Assembly: GCA_965248265.1 (NCBI GenBank)
Contig: CBDFJF010000001.1
Span: forward strand, 2,400,001 to 2,464,000
Reading direction: 5' to 3'
DNA length: 64,000 nucleotides
DNA from: Candidatus Latescibacterota bacterium
GTDB lineage: Bacteria > Latescibacterota > UBA2968 > UBA8231
Shown: positions 59,801 through 64,000 of the stretch, in pieces
How positions within the stretch are numbered: the first letter of the stretch is position 1
Layout of the letters: every line of letters begins with the position of its first letter
Notes under the pieces: model-generated
What the model was told of the DNA's origin: nothing
Database searches by the model: none
Seen by the model: only the letters and a program-made list of their open reading frames with translations
Program-made: the position numbers and the translations under genes

Positions 59801-60478
59801 TCACGCCTCCGCGACGGCGGCAACCGTATCCACGTCTATGACGCGAGGTGCCCGTAAACCGGCGACGATGAAACAGGTTAGTCGAGTAATCGTCCCCTCG
59901 ACGTCGGAAGGATCGCACAAGCCACCTGAGGCGAGCGCGACGATATCGCTGGCGGAAGCCGTGTGCGCCATGGCCCCGATGGCGAAGTGTTTGCGCCATT
60001 CCAGCTCCTGTTCAGGCAACTGGGGCAGCGAGCGCTTCAGAATTCGCGAGAAACACTCGTTGACCTCCCGAAACTGGTCAATGATGGCGAGCTTGTGCGC
60101 GCTGGTGGGTTCACTGAAGAGCCGGCCCATTAGGCGCATGAAGGCCTCTCCTCCCTGGTTGGGATCGTGGCGTAGGCGCAGTGCCGGCCCGACCAACGCC
60201 CGCACCGCGACCGCCAGGGGATCTCCCGATTGGCTGGGACCAGTCCCGTGCTCACACTCGCGCAGTAGCCGCAACCTCTCTCGGTTGAGTGGTTCCAACC
60301 GACGGGCAAACACCGCCGACACCAGGGCCTCCTTCGAGCCGAAATGATAGTGGACGGAGGCGAGATTCACGTCTGCCTCAACGGTGATGGCCCGCAGTGA
60401 CGTTGCCGCGATTCCGTGATGAGCGAACAAACGTTCGGATGCGTCAAGCAGGCTATTTGTGGTATCTCGAGAGGCCAA
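59801..60478 (-). CDS. TetR-family regulator (PsrA-like)
   Basis: 'LFAHHGIAATSLRAITVEADVNLASVHYHFGSKEAL...RRLEPLNRERL'; TTG start tentative. Confidence 0.9.
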   Translation of the reverse strand: MASRDTTNSLLDASERLFAHHGIAATSLRAITVEADVNLASVHYHFGSKEALVSAVFARRLEPLNRERLRLLRECEHGTGPSQSGDPLAVAVRALVGPALRLRHDPNQGGEAFMRLMGRLFSEPTSAHKLAIIDQFREVNECFSRILKRSLPQLPEQELEWRKHFAIGAMAHTASASDIVALASGGLCDPSDVEGTITRLTCFIVAGLRAPRVIDVDTVAAVAEA

Positions 60479-60535
60479 TAGTGTGTATCCGTGTACCTGT
60501 ATTGTTGCCCGATTGCCGCCCAAATTGGCGATCTG

Positions 60536-60551
60536 TCAAACGTTTGTTTGA
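60536..60551. promoter_or_regulatory. Candidate TetR/PsrA-type operator
   Basis: TCAAAC-GTTT-GTTTGA palindrome overlapping a minus-strand TTGACA (60534-60539). Confidence 0.7.
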
Positions 60552-60607
60552 ATTTGATCAAAAGAGCTAAAAACGCAAGCCCTGCCTCAGCCTTGTCTAA
60601 ACCTGCG

Positions 60608-61540
60608 CTATGTCTGGCTGTTTCGGAACCACTGGATGGTTCGGGCGAGACCCGCATCCGGATCCACTTTCGGCTCCCAACCCAGCATCTGTCGTGCCTT
60701 GGTGATGTCGGGAAGCCGGATCTTGGGATCGTCGGCCGGCAGCGGACGATGGACGATCCGGCTACCACTCGCGGTCAAATCGATGATCTTTTCGGCCAGC
60801 TGAACCATCGTCAATTCCACCGGATTGCCGATGTTGACCGGCGTAGTAACTGTTGATTCCATCAGCTTCGAGATTCCCGCCACGAGGTCACTGACATGCC
60901 CGATGCTGCGCGTTTGGGAACCGTCACCGTACACGGTGATCTCGTCGCCTTCGAGAGCTTGTGTTATGAAATTGGGGATAGCACGGCCGTCGTCGCGACG
61001 CATACGCTCACCGTAAGTGTTGAAGATCCTGACGATCCTGGTGTCTATCCCGTGGAGGCGGTTGTAGGCCATCGTCATCGACTCCGCGAAACGTTTGGCC
61101 TCGTCGTAGACGCCTCGGATCCCGATGGGATTGACGTTCCCCCAATAATCTTCGGTCTGGGGATGGATCTGCGGATCGCCATACACCTCGGAAGTCGACG
61201 CCAACAGAAACTTTGCGCCCTTGGCACGGGCTAGACCGAGCGCCTTGTGGGTGCCCAGGGCGCCGACTTTCAAGATCCGGATACCCAGGGCTTCAAAGTC
61301 CGCCGGACTGGCAGGGCTGGCGAAATGAAGAATGAAATCCACCGGTCCGTCCACGGAGATGTACTCGGTGACATCGTGTTCGATGAACTGGAACCGTGCG
61401 TTGCCCTGGTGATGGGCGACGTTTTCCCGGCGGCCCGTCAGCAGGTTATCCATGCAGACGACCTGGTTCCCACTCCCGAGGAAAAGGTCGCACAGATGGG
61501 AGCCAATGAACCCCGCTCCGCCGGTTATCAGAATTCGCAT
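60608..61540 (-). CDS. UDP-glucuronate decarboxylase-family SDR
   Basis: [40 protein letters not shown]. Confidence 0.93.
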   Translation of the reverse strand: MRILITGGAGFIGSHLCDLFLGSGNQVVCMDNLLTGRRENVAHHQGNARFQFIEHDVTEYISVDGPVDFILHFASPASPADFEALGIRILKVGALGTHKALGLARAKGAKFLLASTSEVYGDPQIHPQTEDYWGNVNPIGIRGVYDEAKRFAESMTMAYNRLHGIDTRIVRIFNTYGERMRRDDGRAIPNFITQALEGDEITVYGDGSQTRSIGHVSDLVAGISKLMESTVTTPVNIGNPVELTMVQLAEKIIDLTASGSRIVHRPLPADDPKIRLPDITKARQMLGWEPKVDPDAGLARTIQWFRNSQT

Positions 61541-61576
61541 TGAGATGCTTCCTGCCTGACCGGTGACGCTGCGCCG

Positions 61577-62686
61577 TCAGCGGCGTGAAACGCCGTGTTG
61601 TTGCAGCACATCTACCAACCGTCGTGCGCTGTTGCCGTCCCACAACTCCGGAACGGCTCCCGCCTTACCGCCTTCGTCCAGCACCTTTTCGGCGGCAGCC
61701 ACGATGTCGTCACGATCGCAACCGACGATGGTGTTGGTGCCCTCCGTAACCGTGATCGGCCGTTCGGTGCTCTCCCGTAGCGTCAGACAGGGTACGCCCA
61801 GCACGGTCGTCTCCTCCTGAATGCCACCCGAATCGACAAGCGCCATGCGCGCATCTTTCTGCAGCTTCAAGAAATCGATGTAACCCATCGGGTCCTGGAG
61901 GATGAGTCTGGGCATCGCTGCCACTTCCCTGTCCAACCCGAAACGCTCGAGGCTCTGCCGCGTGCGTGGATGGATCTGAAACACCAGTGGAATGCGCTGC
62001 TGAATCTGCCCGAAAGCTTCCATGATACCCCTCAGCGTCGCCTCATCTTCGACGTTGGATTGGCGATGCAGGGTTGCCACAGCGTATTGTCCGGCCTGCA
62101 ATCCCAGTTGCTCGACGATACCCGACTGCTGGGCCGCCGGCAGCATCTGCACCAGGGCGTCGATCATGACGTTGCCGACGCGAAAAATACTGCCGGCCGG
62201 TACATGCTCAGCCACCAGATTGGCGTCGGCATCGGCTGAATACGTGAACAGCATGTCGGCGAAGGCGTCGGTGGCAATCCGGTAGAGCTCTTCAGGCAAC
62301 CGGCGGTCACCACTGCGCAGTCCGGCTTCGACGTGGGCCAATGGCAGATCCCATAGGGCCGCTGTCGTGGCGCAGGCCAAAGTGGAAGAAACATCGCCGA
62401 CCACCATCACGAGGTCCGGCCTCTCCGTTTCGAGTACCGTGTCGAACTTGCTCATGATGTCGGCAACCTGACTCACCCTCCCGCCATCTACGCTCGCCTC
62501 CAGATAGTGATCAGGGTCTTGCATGCCGAGTTCGTTCAAGAACACGGCCGACATTGTATAGTCGTAGTGCTGTCCCGTGTGAACGATCCGTACGCTGAAT
62601 TCGGCAGGTCGCCGGCGCAGCTCAGCGGCAATCGGCGCGACCTTCATGAAATTGGGTCGCGTCCCGATAACGAGGACGATTTTCAA
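61577..62686 (-). CDS. wecB: UDP-N-acetylglucosamine 2-epimerase (non-hydrolysing)
   Basis: GTRPNFMK, HTGQHYD, HVEAGLRS, DSGGIQEE, TERP; TTG start at 62686. Confidence 0.94.
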   Translation of the reverse strand: MKIVLVIGTRPNFMKVAPIAAELRRRPAEFSVRIVHTGQHYDYTMSAVFLNELGMQDPDHYLEASVDGGRVSQVADIMSKFDTVLETERPDLVMVVGDVSSTLACATTAALWDLPLAHVEAGLRSGDRRLPEELYRIATDAFADMLFTYSADADANLVAEHVPAGSIFRVGNVMIDALVQMLPAAQQSGIVEQLGLQAGQYAVATLHRQSNVEDEATLRGIMEAFGQIQQRIPLVFQIHPRTRQSLERFGLDREVAAMPRLILQDPMGYIDFLKLQKDARMALVDSGGIQEETTVLGVPCLTLRESTERPITVTEGTNTIVGCDRDDIVAAAEKVLDEGGKAGAVPELWDGNSARRLVDVLQQHGVSRR

Positions 62687-62992
62687 GGGCAACGTGCCTT
62701 TTGTTGTGGGTGGTAGGGTTCTAAGTATAGCCGCGCCGGCACCGCAGCGGCAACCCGATCGATGCTCCGACCAACCCCGAAGCAGGGGATCGGTTTGTCT
62801 CGAAGACGTCGATTGACCGCACGGAAGCCAGTCGCTACTATGTGCCGCTGACTCAGTGTTTCCGAGGCCCCGGTCCTCTCGTCCGGTGCAACCGTCCGGT
62901 GCCTGCGCAGCGCTCGCTCCCGTCCTCCCCTGGTCGCTGCCGGTCACCTCTTGAGCAATCTGTTTCTCCTTCCCCTTGCGAGGTACGACTCC

Positions 62993-64000
62993 GTGGCAAC
63001 TGCCGAGTTCGTTCACCTGCACGGCCACAGCGAATACAGCCTGTTGGATGGCGGCTGCGCCATCGACTCCATGGCCGAACTCGCCGGCGAGTATGAGATG
63101 CCGGCTCTGGCCATCACCGACCACGGCAACCTGTTTGGTGCCGTGTCCCACTACAAGGCCTGCGCCGAAGCGGGGATCAAGCCCATCATCGGCTGTGAGG
63201 TCTACGTCTCCGTCGGATCCCGCCATCTGAGAAAACCAGCGAGAGAGATGCAGCATGCCTCGAATCATCTGGTTTTGCTGGCCAAGAACCTGACTGGCTA
63301 CAAGAACCTCATCAAGCTGGTCTCCAAGGGATACACCGAGGGCTACTACTACAACCCACGAGTGGACAAGGAGCTACTCACGGAGTATTCGGAGGGCTTG
63401 ATCTGCCTGTCAGCCTGCGTCAGCGGTGAGATCGCCCATCTGATCCAACGCGAGGGCTTGACCGCGGCCGAACAAGCCGCCGAGGAGTTCCGCAACATCT
63501 TCGGCGATGATTATTTCCTGGAGATACAACGCCACGGGATCGACATCGAAGAAAAGGTCAACGACGGCCTGCTCCGCCTGCATCAAAAAATGGATATCCC
63601 CCTGGTTGCCACCAACGACTTCCACTTTCTACGCGCCGACGACCACGGCGCACACGACGCCCTGGTCTGCATTCAGACCGGCAAGAACCTGGGCGACAAG
63701 AACCGGATGTGTTATCCGACCGGCCTGTACATGAAGACGGCAGCCGAAATGCAGGCCTTGTTCCGCGACCTGCCAAACACCCTCGAGAGCTCCGTGGAGA
63801 TTGCCGGCCGCTGCGATCTGGAGATGGAGTTCGGGCAGTTGATCCTTCCTGACTTTGAGCTTCCTGAGGAACAGCCCGACGCCTTCGTATACCTCAATGA
63901 GCTTGCGAACGAGGGTCTGCGTCGGCGCTACGGCCGCATCGACGAGGTGTTGCAACAGCGCCTCGACTACGAGCTCGACATCATCCGCGAGACCGGTTTT
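62993..64000 (+). CDS. dnaE: DNA polymerase III alpha subunit (3'-truncated by window edge; absent from the ORF track)
   Basis: GTG GCA ACT... reads FVHLHGHSEYSLLDG, ALAITDHGNLFGA, IKPIIGCEVY, LVATNDFHF. Confidence 0.96.
   Translation, partial: MATAEFVHLHGHSEYSLLDGGCAIDSMAELAGEYEMPALAITDHGNLFGAVSHYKACAEAGIKPIIGCEVYVSVGSRHLRKPAREMQHASNHLVLLAKNLTGYKNLIKLVSKGYTEGYYYNPRVDKELLTEYSEGLICLSACVSGEIAHLIQREGLTAAEQAAEEFRNIFGDDYFLEIQRHGIDIEEKVNDGLLRLHQKMDIPLVATNDFHFLRADDHGAHDALVCIQTGKNLGDKNRMCYPTGLYMKTAAEMQALFRDLPNTLESSVEIAGRCDLEMEFGQLILPDFELPEEQPDAFVYLNELANEGLRRRYGRIDEVLQQRLDYELDIIRETGF

Noticed and set aside
62687-63268. N-terminal extensions of wecB, ctaA (18487-19017) and fhs given by the ORF track
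   Set aside because: The extensions carry no recognisable family motifs, and those of wecB and ctaA overlap dnaE or the FG-GAP gene; downstream starts fit the families.
1-64000. CRISPR arrays, tRNA or rRNA genes
   Set aside because: No regularly spaced repeats or RNA-gene signatures were seen, and intergenic gaps are short.

Overview
A GC-rich (~62%) bacterial chromosomal window, fully coding, with no rRNA, tRNA, CRISPR array or recognisable transposase or integrase. Gene style suggests an FCB-group candidate phylum such as Latescibacterota, but this is inference only. Left arm: methyltransferase, murD, GT2, rluA, argC, tatD, an rfbB-wza-wzz-dut cluster, PhoU plus Na/Pi symporter, fhs, a CMD protein, an ornithine cyclodeaminase-like gene, an SPL-like radical SAM gene and heme A synthase. 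Middle: a Czc-type RND operon, two aldo/keto reductases (one internally deleted), several secreted proteins, a Cus-type RND plus CopA operon, a FixL-like hybrid kinase, a sigma54 activator and an OM protein-YceI-YceI cluster. Right arm: a CoxMSL-like molybdoenzyme plus MoaD, a TetR(PsrA-like)/RND pump, UDP-GlcA decarboxylase, wecB and the 5' part of dnaE. Top observations: (1) a secreted FG-GAP/ASPIC-UnbV/thioredoxin protein is split by a single in-frame TGA followed by a SECIS-like hairpin, making it a candidate ~930-aa selenoprotein; (2) two unrelated secreted proteins share a C-terminal [ST]AVxxx[ST]WGxVK tail, a candidate sorting signal; (3) small Cys/His-rich ORFs ending in TL(L)LI head both metal-efflux operons; (4) a sigma54 mini-regulon with shared TGRGAC-N6-GYCYCA enhancer sites lies beside a heme-PAS O2 sensor.
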